From Anaerolineales bacterium (GTDB lineage: Bacteria; Chloroflexota; Anaerolineae; Anaerolineales; Villigracilaceae): a DNA stretch of 64,000 bases. The DNA is taken from positions 22,349 through 86,348 of the forward strand of contig DAIQBG010000011.1 in NCBI GenBank assembly GCA_036781265.1, written 5' to 3'. The position numbers were made by a program, and so were the translations under genes. The notes under the pieces are model-generated. The model worked only from the letters and a program-made list of their open reading frames with translations. It had not been told where the DNA came from and made no database searches. Below are positions 19,083 through 28,993 of the stretch, in pieces. Within the stretch, counting starts at the first letter, position 1. The number at the start of each line of letters is the position of its first letter.

Positions 19083-19600
19083 GAAAGAAAGAGCACTCCG
19101 ATGATTCCAGCCAGGATAATCACGATTCGTTCGGGAATCCGTCCGGACAACATCCCCGCCATGCTCACCAGCCCGATCGCCCACGGCTCCCATCCGCCGG
19201 TGCTGCCTTTCTCAAAGATCTTCCAGGCAGTAAACAACATCAGGACCGAGATCGCCGGGCTTAATCCCTCGACAAAGCTGCTGATCCATGCCTCTCGCCG
19301 CAACCTGTTGAGGATCATCGTCACACCCAGAATGATCACGGTCGGCGGCAGGATCGAGGCAAGCAGCGCCACCAGGCCGCCGGGGATGCCACCCACCGCG
19401 TAGCCGATATACATGGCAAGCTGCAAGGCATCACTGCCCGGCAAGACCGAAGAAAATCCGACCGCCTGCACGAATTGACCCTCGGTCACCGAATGCCCGA
19501 CCACTTCGTGATAAAGCAAGCCCACCGAGGCCGGCCCCGAAGTGCTTAGTAAATTTACTTTCAGGAAAATCAAAAAGAGATAAAGAAGTGTATTGTCCAA
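19079..19600 (-). CDS. Chromate transporter (short-chain CHR family)
   Basis: 'STSGPAS', 'QFVQAVGFSSVLPG'; TTG start with AAGGAG RBS. Confidence 0.85.
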   Translation of the reverse strand: MDNTLLYLFLIFLKVNLLSTSGPASVGLLYHEVVGHSVTEGQFVQAVGFSSVLPGSDALQLAMYIGYAVGGIPGGLVALLASILPPTVIILGVTMILNRLRREAWISSFVEGLSPAISVLMLFTAWKIFEKGSTGGWEPWAIGLVSMAGMLSGRIPERIVIILAGIIGVLFLS

Positions 19601-19641
19601 TTGTCTCCTTAGAAGGCGTAATTGTAAAAGAAACAATCCAG

Positions 19642-19674
19642 AAAAACAGGAGCGAATTTGGGTCCTCGCTCCTG
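19642..19674 (-). terminator. Intrinsic terminator downstream of the GNAT gene
   Basis: caggagcga...tcgctcctg stem followed by TTTTT on the minus strand. Confidence 0.6.
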
Positions 19675-19743
19675 CATTTGTCCTAGATAGATTCCTGTCG
19701 ATGAATAGAGCCTTCTACATAATCCCCATGAATCCTGAGCACT

Positions 19744-20754
19744 CTACGTCTTGGTGACGTTCACCCGCATCACAAACGCATTCACTCCCCCGAACCGGTA
19801 CTTGTAATCTTCGTCTCCACGCATGAAATCGAACTCGTAGCGCCCGTTCTCGCAGCACCACTGGATGGTGTGCGCTAACAGTACCCAGCCGGGAGAAAGC
19901 TCGCGGTGCTCGCTGCTGACCCCCGAGTTATACCCCCAGAGCTTATTCTTGTAATCGAAGTTGAGTGAGGCAGCTGTCTTAGCTCCGTCCACCTCCAGAA
20001 AGGCGAGCCAGAGATAGCCGTGTGCATGCGCGTCGTGTATGGTGGCTGTCATCTGATCGCGCATGGCAGGGTGGAGAAATTCTGCCTTGGCAGGGTCTTG
20101 CACCATCAAATCGAAAAAGGCGTGGATCTCCGAGTCGATATTCTCCGCCCCGTTCACGACGGTAAAGCGAACGTTTTTCTCGCTCTCTGCAGCGCGGCGC
20201 ATCTTACGACGGATCTCGTGACGCTGCTTCTTATCAATGCGTGCCAGGTACTCTTCGAACGAGCCGCTCAACGGGATACGCGGTGTAGGTCGATATATCT
20301 CTTCGCGATGCGTCCAACCACGCCTTTCTGCTTCCGTTTTGAGAGCGGAGAGTGTAGGGGATCTGTCGGGAAGGTTATACCATTCCAACCCGGACCAACC
20401 ATCCTGCGTGGCCACCAGGAAATCCAGAAGTCCGGATAAGAATCGCGTCAGATCCTGTTCGCGGACGATCAAATCCAGATAGTCACTAATCTCTATGCTT
20501 CCCACCAGCATGAGAGCGCGCTGTCCATCATGCTCTGCAAGGAAAAGGGGAGCGATTCCGATTAACTCCTCGTCTTCTCGAGCAGATACCAGTACTAGCT
20601 TGGCGTCTTGCCACTCTCCGCCGCCGAGTGTTTTCCACCACTGGCTGAGATACTCAAAGCGCGAAAATGGGGTATCGGCGATGCTCTGTTCCACCAGAAC
20701 GTTCCATGCGGCGGCAGGAATTTCCGAGAAATCCTTATGCAAAATGAAATCCAT
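19744..20754 (-). CDS. GNAT family N-acetyltransferase (CelD/BcsL-like)
   Basis: 'LIGIAPL', 'SDYLDLI', 'LSPGWVLL', 'FDFMRGDEDYKYRFG'. Confidence 0.85.
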   Translation of the reverse strand: MDFILHKDFSEIPAAAWNVLVEQSIADTPFSRFEYLSQWWKTLGGGEWQDAKLVLVSAREDEELIGIAPLFLAEHDGQRALMLVGSIEISDYLDLIVREQDLTRFLSGLLDFLVATQDGWSGLEWYNLPDRSPTLSALKTEAERRGWTHREEIYRPTPRIPLSGSFEEYLARIDKKQRHEIRRKMRRAAESEKNVRFTVVNGAENIDSEIHAFFDLMVQDPAKAEFLHPAMRDQMTATIHDAHAHGYLWLAFLEVDGAKTAASLNFDYKNKLWGYNSGVSSEHRELSPGWVLLAHTIQWCCENGRYEFDFMRGDEDYKYRFGGVNAFVMRVNVTKT

Positions 20755-20891
20755 ATATCTTGTCCCATATTTAACTGATAGGGACACAGCGGATGCTTGC
20801 AGACTTACCTCTGAAAGACCTCCGCCGCCCCCTACGTCCCACGCAAATTTTACCAGTATAATCACAGCAATCTTTTGAGTATTCGTACGCC

Positions 20892-23360
20892 GTGACTACA
20901 CTCGACCTGAACATTCTCCCCATCCGCAGGATCAACGGACAGGAATCCGCTGAGATGCCTGGCTTGCTGGCGGTCACGCCGCCGCGTAAGCCGGCGCGAG
21001 GACGGGAACATACTACCCTGATCGTCTACCTGACGTTTCTGGGAAATCACCCTCTTTCGAATCCGGAAATCAGGCAGCTCACCAGCGATGCAACCAATAT
21101 CTTCTATCATTCGACAGGCTCGCTGACCTTTGCCTTGCGACATGCAGCCAGTGAGATCAACTCGAAGCTGCTGGGGCGCAATCTTTCTCACTCCGGCCAG
21201 GGGCAGCAGGTCGTGGCATTGCTCGTGCTGGCAGCGCTGCGAGAGAACCAGTGCACCTTGCTGCAAAGTGGTCCCACCCACGCTGTCTGGGTCACGGACG
21301 GCCGCTCGCGCCATATTCACGATCCCGCCCTATCGGGGAAGGGACTCGGGCTGGGGCAGAGTGCGAGCGCCTACCTTTCCCAGCTCGAGCTACGCCCGCA
21401 GGATCTGTTGGTTTTGTGTGCTGCCTTCCCTCGCGACTGGGAAGCCGACCTGCTGAACGAACGTCCGCCCGCTTCGCTCGACGCCAGCTATCGTAAGTTG
21501 ACGTTCACGAAGGGCGATTTGAACGCAGTGCTGATCCAGGCCCAGACGGGACACGGGACGATCACTCTTCTCAAGCCGGAATTGAGCAAGACCAGAGCGG
21601 AACCCGCTCCCATTACTGCCCCCCATCCGTCCGAGGCTCATCCGGGCATCGAGGATCCGGGATCACCGCCGTCGAAGATTCCACCCCAGGAAGAACTGCC
21701 CGCCGGTTATGCGTCCCCCATCACCGAGGAGCAACTCGACGCACTCGCAGATCTCGGTGCACACATGATCCAGCCCTCGGCATACACGATCCCTCCCCAG
21801 CCAGAAAGCATCCATCCACAGCCCCTGGCAGAGCCGCCTCCAAACGGCGCGCGCAGCTTTCCGGCATCCATTCCCCGCGCCGCGCGTCTCGAAGCAGAGG
21901 CACCGACGCCCGGGAACATAGAGCCGGAGATAGAACCGATTCAGCCAGAAGAAACGCCCGAGCCGCCAGCGCGGACGCGCCGCCGGAGAGTCATCAACTT
22001 TAGAGCGCACGCCGGGGCAGTGCGTCCCATGGCAAAAGCCATGGTCGGCGGGATACGCACGGGGCGGCGACTCAATGAGCATGTCCGCACGGGTCTGGGA
22101 AGATTTATCCCCCGTCTGCTCCCTAGCGGAGAACCTAACCAGCCGCTGGCTCTGCCAACCTTTGTCATGATCCTCATCGCAGTCATTATTCCAATTGTGG
22201 TCGTGACCATGTCCAGCATGGTCTATCTGCGCCTGGGTCAGAGCATCCAGTATGACGAGTTGTATCTGCAGGCGCGCAATGTCCAGGCACAGGCAATCTC
22301 GGAAACGGATCCTGCTCGCCAGCGCGATGCCTGGCAAAGGGTCCTGGACATCCTCGATGATGCCGATGAATACCGTCAGACCGACGACTCCAGAGCGCTG
22401 CGTGCGGAGGCGCAGGCAAACCACGATAATCTAATGGGCATCATCCGCCTGCAATTCTTATCCGCGTTTCCTAACGGACTGGGCGGTTCGGCACAGATCA
22501 ACCGGCTGGCTGCCAGCGAAAGTGACCTTTACATGCTCGACTCCGAGAACGGCAGGATTATGCATGCCGCCTTTACCGGCCGGAGCCTCGAGTTGAATCG
22601 AAGCTTTACTTGCGAGCCGGGCTCCTATGGTGGTTATCAGGTGACCACGCTGGTGGATATCATTGCGCTGCCCAAGGTCAATGCGCTCAATGCAAGTGTG
22701 CTTGGCATCGATGCAAACGGCAACCTGCTCTACTGTGCACCCGATCAGGTGGCCCAGGCGATCCCTCTTCCGCCGCTTCCGAATACCAACTGGGGGCGGG
22801 TGACGGCGATTGCCCTGGACGGAGGTAACCTGTATGTGCTCGATTCGCAGAAACGTTCGGTCTGGGTATTCTCTGGCAAGGATAGCGCCTTCGTGGATGC
22901 CCCCTTCTATTACTTTGGGAATGAGATCCCGGGCAGCATTGATAGCGCCATTGACCTTGCCGTAAGCGGAGACGATCTTTACCTGCTACGAGCCGATGGA
23001 CAAATCGCCACCTGCACGTTCAGCCGCCTGACCGAGGTGCCCACTCGCTGCCAGGATCCCGCGCTGCGGCTCGATAAGAATCCCGCCCACCTCGGCATCG
23101 ATGTCTTCCAGCTTGCGCACTTTACCCAGATGGCGATCACCAATCCGCCAAACTCCGTGATCCTCCTGCTCGATTCCGAAAACCAGAGCGTCTTCCGCAT
23201 TGCACCGCGTTCATTCGAGTTGCAGAGCCAGATCAACGGTTATGCGGGCACAGCAAATCCCTTCCCGGGCCAGCCCGTCAGTGCCATGGCGGTCAGCCCC
23301 AATTACGTGCTGTACCTGGCGTTTGGCGACGAGGTTTACTTCGCCTCCAATATTCCCTGA
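20892..23360 (+). CDS. Large single-pass membrane protein: degenerate PP2C-like N-domain, Pro-rich linker, TM, beta-propeller-like C-domain
   Basis: TM 'FVMILIAVIIPIVVV'; repeated 'LYMLDS','LYVLDS','LYLLRADG','ILLLDS' blade-like motifs. Confidence 0.7.
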   Translation: MTTLDLNILPIRRINGQESAEMPGLLAVTPPRKPARGREHTTLIVYLTFLGNHPLSNPEIRQLTSDATNIFYHSTGSLTFALRHAASEINSKLLGRNLSHSGQGQQVVALLVLAALRENQCTLLQSGPTHAVWVTDGRSRHIHDPALSGKGLGLGQSASAYLSQLELRPQDLLVLCAAFPRDWEADLLNERPPASLDASYRKLTFTKGDLNAVLIQAQTGHGTITLLKPELSKTRAEPAPITAPHPSEAHPGIEDPGSPPSKIPPQEELPAGYASPITEEQLDALADLGAHMIQPSAYTIPPQPESIHPQPLAEPPPNGARSFPASIPRAARLEAEAPTPGNIEPEIEPIQPEETPEPPARTRRRRVINFRAHAGAVRPMAKAMVGGIRTGRRLNEHVRTGLGRFIPRLLPSGEPNQPLALPTFVMILIAVIIPIVVVTMSSMVYLRLGQSIQYDELYLQARNVQAQAISETDPARQRDAWQRVLDILDDADEYRQTDDSRALRAEAQANHDNLMGIIRLQFLSAFPNGLGGSAQINRLAASESDLYMLDSENGRIMHAAFTGRSLELNRSFTCEPGSYGGYQVTTLVDIIALPKVNALNASVLGIDANGNLLYCAPDQVAQAIPLPPLPNTNWGRVTAIALDGGNLYVLDSQKRSVWVFSGKDSAFVDAPFYYFGNEIPGSIDSAIDLAVSGDDLYLLRADGQIATCTFSRLTEVPTRCQDPALRLDKNPAHLGIDVFQLAHFTQMAITNPPNSVILLLDSENQSVFRIAPRSFELQSQINGYAGTANPFPGQPVSAMAVSPNYVLYLAFGDEVYFASNIP

Positions 23361-23455
23361 TTGGGTCGCGAGAAAGAGGATCACATTTTCCTGGCGGGAT
23401 TGGAATTCAAGCGCTCCAGGCTCAGGCTTTTCGTTTCACTTTACCGGTAAAAACC

Positions 23456-24454
23456 ATGTCTCTTTTTCGCTCACTCTTTGGCAACCGGAAAGCGCCCCAC
23501 CCCCCCACAAATCAAAACGACGCTTTTTCAGATCATCCTGACGCGCCGCAGATGACCATCGTCAAAACGCTCGTAATCGTTTACGATCCTGTGATCGATT
23601 TCGCGAGCGGTCGGAAACTCTCAGAATATCTGCGCTGGAACCGCGTAGAAGACCTGGCAAAAGGCTTTATGAGCGACATTGTGGAAACCAGTGGAGGGCT
23701 GGCTCGCTACCAGATTACCCAGCGCATCGACGTGGACGGATTTCCACCTAAAGTAGATGGCTTTCAATACACGCCCCAGTCTTATCTGGATGTCATCCGC
23801 GGCGCGGCTCGCCCGCGCGTCCCCGCGGAAGTGAGTTACTACGCGATCATCGATCGGTTCGACATCTTGCAGCGCGTGGCAGCCCGCGAGATTGATGAGG
23901 TCTGGGTATTCAGCTTTCCACATGCCGGTTTTTATGAATCGATCATGGGCGGACCTGGCGCCTTCTGGTGCAATGCGCCTCCGCTAAAGAACACCGAGGC
24001 GGCCACGCGCCGGTTCATTATCATGGGCTTCTCGTTCGAGCGGGGTGTAGGTGAGATGCTCGAAAATATGGGTCACCGCGCCGAGTCCATTCTCGAAAAA
24101 ACGTTCGAAAAGCAAACCGGCGAAGATAATCTTTGGAGACGTTTCATCCGCTACAAGAACACGGCGCAGGGTATAGCGGCTCTCGGCAATATCCATTTTG
24201 CACCGAACAGCCAGAAGGATTATGATTGGAACAATCCTGACCCTGTTCTCAGCGAGTGTGATGACTGGCTATACAATTTTCCCGATTTCAGAGGCGTGGT
24301 TCGGACGGTCACCTCAGCCGAATGGGGCAATGGAGATACACGCGCACATCATAAATGGTGGTTCAAGCACATACCCAGGGCGGCCGGGAGTCGGAGCGGC
24401 ATCGCTCACGACTGGTGGCAGTACATTATGGATCCGAATCAGGTGGAACCATGA
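23456..24454 (+). CDS. Conserved hypothetical protein, Trp/aromatic-rich, possible metallopeptidase-like
   Basis: Long ORF; 'EMLENMGHRAE' and 'GNIHFAPNS' motifs. Confidence 0.65.
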   Translation: MSLFRSLFGNRKAPHPPTNQNDAFSDHPDAPQMTIVKTLVIVYDPVIDFASGRKLSEYLRWNRVEDLAKGFMSDIVETSGGLARYQITQRIDVDGFPPKVDGFQYTPQSYLDVIRGAARPRVPAEVSYYAIIDRFDILQRVAAREIDEVWVFSFPHAGFYESIMGGPGAFWCNAPPLKNTEAATRRFIIMGFSFERGVGEMLENMGHRAESILEKTFEKQTGEDNLWRRFIRYKNTAQGIAALGNIHFAPNSQKDYDWNNPDPVLSECDDWLYNFPDFRGVVRTVTSAEWGNGDTRAHHKWWFKHIPRAAGSRSGIAHDWWQYIMDPNQVEP

Positions 24455-24606
24455 CAGTCCATCTGAGAGACCACGATCTGGAACGACATACCTTCCAGTT
24501 ATCAATAGTGTAGAGGAAAGTTTCAAACCTGTAATTTGTAAGGTACCGAAAGGGCAATAAAATCGCTCTATCAAGTAAGGATCCAGCACGGTTGCCCGAA
24601 CATGCC

Positions 24607-27051
24607 ATGAAACGGCTTGCCTACCCGAACCACAGTTATCTTCCCTATATCATCGTTCTCATCACCTATGCCTTCTACGCAGTGATTTTTGCATCTGCTT
24701 ACGAACGTTTTGGACGGGAAACCTCCGCCCTTGCCATCTTCCCGGTGATCGCCGCAGCCTGGTACTTCGGCGTGACCGGGGGCCTCCTGGCGGCCATGCT
24801 GTGCATTCTGCCGCACTTCGTGCTTGCGGTCGCTGAACCCGGCTCGGCCATTCATCTATTCGAAAATCCCGGGGATTTCCTTGGAAGCGTTGTCCTGCTT
24901 TTCCTGGGTCTGATCATTGGCAGACTGGCAACTGTGAGTCGTGAGCGCCGTGAAGCCCTCGCAAGGCTTGAATTGTATGAGCAAGCTCGCCAATCCCATG
25001 CTGAATTTTTGAAGCGCTTGAACGAGATCACGGTAACGGCTCTCGAGGCTGATAATCTAAGAAAGACCCTCGATCTTCTCATGCGACAAATCGGGAATCT
25101 TTTCCAGGCAGATGAGGCGTTTTTTTTCCTGTGGGATGAAACAAGGCACAGCCTGGTCCCGAGAGCCAGTTATGACACGCAAAGGGATATCTGTTCGTTT
25201 TCAACGGCGGGAACCTATGAGCAAGACCTGGCCACCGCAGTAATAGACGCCAGACATCCTATCGCGGTGACAGATGTTGCCAATTCTCCGTATAACCATC
25301 CAGAAACCGTCTCACGTTATCCCAACAGGTCGAGATTGGCCCTTCCGTTCATGGTGCAAGATCGTCGTCTCGGCGCTCTGCTGCTCGGCTACAACCAGAC
25401 GCGATCATTCACTCAAAACGACCTGTTACAGGCAGCCCTGACTGCGGAACAGATTTCGCTGGTCCTTTCCAAATCACTTCTTCTCGAGGAAGAGCGCAAA
25501 CAGGTGAGACAATTAACTGCGTTGCATGATATTGCTCTGATTTCGATTGAAGTGGACAATGAGAATGAGTTGATTCGCCGCGTGACGGACGTGATCGGCC
25601 AGAACTTGTTCCCCGATAATTTCGGCATACTGCTGCTGGATCAGAAGACGGGGATGCTCCGCGTTCATCCTTCCTATCGCTATTCTTCGAAACCCTGGAA
25701 GGTGACGGAAGTCCCCCTGGATCGAGGCGTCAGCGGGCAGGTTGCGATGACCGGCAAGCCGCAGCGCATCGGGAATATACAAGCAGCTACCGATTATCTC
25801 AATGCAGATCATCAGACGGTATCCGAGCTTTGTGTGCCAATAAAGTTCAAAGAACACATCCTGGGCGTGATCAATGCCGAAAGCACCCGCCCAGATGCCT
25901 TTACGGAAGACGACGAGCGATTACTCATTACCCTTGCAGGGCAGGTCGCCACCGCCATGGAGCAAATCCACCGGGCTCAGGCGGAACGGAAATGGCTCGA
26001 TCAACTCGCGCACTCGAATGACTTGATCTACGCCCTGGCCCAGATTACAACGCATATTGAAAAAGCCTTCGGAATCGACGATATTCTTCGGAATCTGGGA
26101 ACCGAGCTGGAGAAGCTCAATCTAACCTACCTGATGGCAGTTTATGACAGGGAGAGAGATCTATTCCATGTGAATTACACCTCGCTGGAACCCGGTCTTC
26201 TGGAGATCGTGGAAAACAGCCTGGGTTATCCGCTCATCAAATATTCGTTCACGGGCAACATGCTAAAGCCGGAAGCCCTCCGCCACGCAACTGTGCTGAC
26301 GGATCCGGTTGGAGAAATCCGGATGCTGTTTGCGCGCACGCACAGGCGAGGGGTTTCAAAGCTGCTTGAGGAGATCGGGGTGGGCCCCGCGGCTGAGCCT
26401 TTGCGCTTGCCTCTGACCTTTGAGGAAAACGTTCTGGGGATTTTGTGGGTCTGGGGCGCAGGCCTAACACGGGCTGATCTTCCGATCATGTCCATTTTTG
26501 CCAAGCAGGTGGGTATCTCCCTGGAGCGTGCTCGTCTCTTCCAGGAAGTGCAAAGCCTGGCGCTGACTGACCCCTTGACCGGTTTGCATAACCGGCGCAG
26601 CCTCTTCGAATTAGGCCGACTGGAGTTTTCCCGCGCCCATCGGATGGACCGGGAGTTCAGCTGTATGATGCTGGACCTCGATCATTTCAAGCAGATCAAC
26701 GATACCCATGGACATCCTGCCGGCGATCAAGTATTAAAGGAATTTGCCTATCGCTGCAAATCTTCCGTGCGGGAGATCGACCTGGTGGGTCGCTACGGGG
26801 GTGAAGAAGTGATTATCCTTCTGCCGGACACGAATCGAAAGCTGGCGATGCAGGTGGCAGAACGACTGCGCGCTTCGATTGCCGCGACGCCCATCAACGT
26901 CTCCAGTCTCGAAATCCCGTTGACAGTCAGCATCGGCGTGGCAACCATGGATGAACACACCCTCCACCTTGAAACCCTGATCGCTCGCGCTGACCAGGCG
27001 ATGTACATCGCCAAACATCGCGGACGGAACCGTATCGCGATCAGCAAATAG
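24607..27051 (+). CDS. Membrane-bound diguanylate cyclase with GAF domains
   Basis: N-terminal TMs, GAF signatures (SELCVPI...GVINAES), TDPLTGLHNRR, DLDHFKQINDTHGH, REID I-site, RYGGEEV; alternative start 24592. Confidence 0.9.
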   Translation: MKRLAYPNHSYLPYIIVLITYAFYAVIFASAYERFGRETSALAIFPVIAAAWYFGVTGGLLAAMLCILPHFVLAVAEPGSAIHLFENPGDFLGSVVLLFLGLIIGRLATVSRERREALARLELYEQARQSHAEFLKRLNEITVTALEADNLRKTLDLLMRQIGNLFQADEAFFFLWDETRHSLVPRASYDTQRDICSFSTAGTYEQDLATAVIDARHPIAVTDVANSPYNHPETVSRYPNRSRLALPFMVQDRRLGALLLGYNQTRSFTQNDLLQAALTAEQISLVLSKSLLLEEERKQVRQLTALHDIALISIEVDNENELIRRVTDVIGQNLFPDNFGILLLDQKTGMLRVHPSYRYSSKPWKVTEVPLDRGVSGQVAMTGKPQRIGNIQAATDYLNADHQTVSELCVPIKFKEHILGVINAESTRPDAFTEDDERLLITLAGQVATAMEQIHRAQAERKWLDQLAHSNDLIYALAQITTHIEKAFGIDDILRNLGTELEKLNLTYLMAVYDRERDLFHVNYTSLEPGLLEIVENSLGYPLIKYSFTGNMLKPEALRHATVLTDPVGEIRMLFARTHRRGVSKLLEEIGVGPAAEPLRLPLTFEENVLGILWVWGAGLTRADLPIMSIFAKQVGISLERARLFQEVQSLALTDPLTGLHNRRSLFELGRLEFSRAHRMDREFSCMMLDLDHFKQINDTHGHPAGDQVLKEFAYRCKSSVREIDLVGRYGGEEVIILLPDTNRKLAMQVAERLRASIAATPINVSSLEIPLTVSIGVATMDEHTLHLETLIARADQAMYIAKHRGRNRIAISK

Positions 27052-27073
27052 AGCGAGCATATGCTCGCTCTAT
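27048..27073. terminator. Perfect 26-bp palindrome between convergent genes
   Basis: atagagcgagcat|atgctcgctctat overlapping the DGC stop codon. Confidence 0.6.
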
Positions 27074-27111
27074 GGATAAGTAGGACAGAGTGGTCAGCCG
27101 GTTCGGGCCAG

Positions 27112-28131
27112 CTAAGCGGATATCTTCATCGCCACCATAGTCACATCGTCTGCCAGGCGTCTGTTCCCACCAAAGGCACTGACCGCTTGGCGCACAGCTT
27201 GAAGCAGATCCTGGGCGGGCCGGTCCGCATATTCCTGGACAAGTGCTGCCAGACGATCCTGACCGAATTGCTGGTTCTCGCCGTTCAGGACCTCGGTCAC
27301 ACCGTCCGTGTATAGCAACAGGGAATCACCTGCGGAGAAACCGATCGTTTCCAGCCGGGGAGAGAACTCTTCAGCGAGACCGATTGCCGGCGCGGTAGGC
27401 TGGAGCCAGACGATTGCGGAATTTGCTTTACGGCGGACGGCCGGGGGATTGTGACCGGCATTGACGTAGGTCAGGGTGCGCGTTGCCGGATCGAAACGTG
27501 CCAGAAATACGGTTACGAACGTCGTAAAGTGAACGTTGTGGATATAGAAGCGGTTGAGGCGTTGAAGGATCTCCGCCGGTGAGTCGGCCTCCGGTGCCAT
27601 GGTGCGGATGGCGGTTTGCAGGCTGCTCATTAGCATGGCGGCAGAGACGCCATGTCCGCTGACGTCGGCGATGACCAGTCCATGTGTTCCATCTCGAAAA
27701 CGGAAGAAATCAAAATAATCGCCGCTGATGATCTCAGAGGGGCGGCTGAAGGCCGCTACCTCCACCCCGCGGATGCTGGGCAGTCGTTGCGGCAGCAGGG
27801 CGCGCTGGATCACCTGGGAGAGCTCCAGCTCAGATTCCAGACGGCGCCGCTCCTCTTCCGAGTAATGGTCGAGACAGACGGCCGCAGTGTAGTCCATCTC
27901 TAGAAGGCTCGCTTCTACGTACCCGTTACAGACCACGCAGACACCCAGCGTCTGTTCTTCGATCTTCTCCAGGCTGGCTTCGATGACGTGTAGATGCCTC
28001 TCGATGCAGTGCTCATCGCTGCCCAGACAGACCTGTTTCTCCGTCTCCGGCGCGGTCTCCAGAAATTCGAGTATTTCTTTTTGCTTTTCTTGCAGCCCCT
28101 CCTGAATACGCCCATATACTTCCGTGACCAT
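27112..28131 (-). CDS. SpoIIE/RsbU-type PP2C phosphatase with N-terminal DksA/TraR-like zinc finger
   Basis: SGDYFDF, IADVSGHG, NAGHNP, LYTDGVTE and DDVT motifs; N-terminal CVVC...CLDH; GGAGG RBS. Confidence 0.9.
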   Translation of the reverse strand: MVTEVYGRIQEGLQEKQKEILEFLETAPETEKQVCLGSDEHCIERHLHVIEASLEKIEEQTLGVCVVCNGYVEASLLEMDYTAAVCLDHYSEEERRRLESELELSQVIQRALLPQRLPSIRGVEVAAFSRPSEIISGDYFDFFRFRDGTHGLVIADVSGHGVSAAMLMSSLQTAIRTMAPEADSPAEILQRLNRFYIHNVHFTTFVTVFLARFDPATRTLTYVNAGHNPPAVRRKANSAIVWLQPTAPAIGLAEEFSPRLETIGFSAGDSLLLYTDGVTEVLNGENQQFGQDRLAALVQEYADRPAQDLLQAVRQAVSAFGGNRRLADDVTMVAMKISA

Positions 28132-28215
28132 CAAACCTCCATCTTGCTGTGCTAGAAGTAGAACATTTGTCTAGAGTCTGACTCATTTGAGAGCCAGAAT
28201 CTTACACCGGCTCGG

Positions 28216-28944
28216 CTAGGAAAATGGCTCCCAGACCTGGTAGAGACCCAGATCGCCTGTCTCCCCATCCGCAAAGAATGTTTCCAAAATCCTGAATCCG
28301 CTCGCAGCGGCGAGCCCAGACAACTCTTCCTCATCGAAAGAATGGACGTACCTCAGTCCCTGGCCGCCGTTCCGCCAATCTAGAAGAAAATCTCCTTCTT
28401 CCATCGGTACCCCCGCCAGCCCAGCCGCTCCCCAGTCTTGAATTCTTGCCTTGAGCTTTTCACTTTTCAAGAACTGCCAGTTGGAGTGAATGAAGAGCCC
28501 ACCCGGGCTCAACAATTCCTGTACGGTGCGCAAAAGGGCCACGCGCAGCCCGGTCGAGGGGATATGGTGCAGCACAGCAAACGCCATCGCCAACGACCAG
28601 CCTCCTTCTATGGAAACCTGATCGCGCACACTCGAAAGCCGTGTTAGGTCCGCCTGCAGGAAGCTCGGCGAGAACCCCTCCGGTTGGAAGCCGGCATCCT
28701 GCAGCAAAGGCAGGCTGAAATCCACACCAAGATAGGGTCCGCTATGGGCGCGTTTTGCAAGCTGACGCGCCAGCTCACCATTCCCGCATCCCAGGTCCAG
28801 GATAGACTCGTCCCCCACGAGCTTCTCAAGCACGCGCCGTACGCCCGGCTGGATGCGGCGACGGGTTGCCGAAAAAGAGTCACCGAAACGTGTATAAAAA
28901 TCGCGATTAAGTTCAATTAAGCGCTGCGCCGTGCCCGGATCCAT
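28216..28944 (-). CDS. Class I SAM-dependent methyltransferase
   Basis: 'FSATR', ILDLGCGNG, GVDFS, AVLHHIP; TATAAT 6 nt upstream of the ATG. Confidence 0.88.
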   Translation of the reverse strand: MDPGTAQRLIELNRDFYTRFGDSFSATRRRIQPGVRRVLEKLVGDESILDLGCGNGELARQLAKRAHSGPYLGVDFSLPLLQDAGFQPEGFSPSFLQADLTRLSSVRDQVSIEGGWSLAMAFAVLHHIPSTGLRVALLRTVQELLSPGGLFIHSNWQFLKSEKLKARIQDWGAAGLAGVPMEEGDFLLDWRNGGQGLRYVHSFDEEELSGLAAASGFRILETFFADGETGDLGLYQVWEPFS

Positions 28945-28950
28945 GCAGGG

Positions 28951-28967
28951 ATTATAACGGGTATAAT
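28951..28967. promoter_or_regulatory. Back-to-back -10 boxes of divergent methyltransferase/elp3 promoters
   Basis: ATTATA (minus-strand TATAAT) at 28951-28956 and TATAAT at 28962-28967. Confidence 0.55.
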
Positions 28968-28993
28968 CTCCACGATTTGTGAGAGCAAATAGG

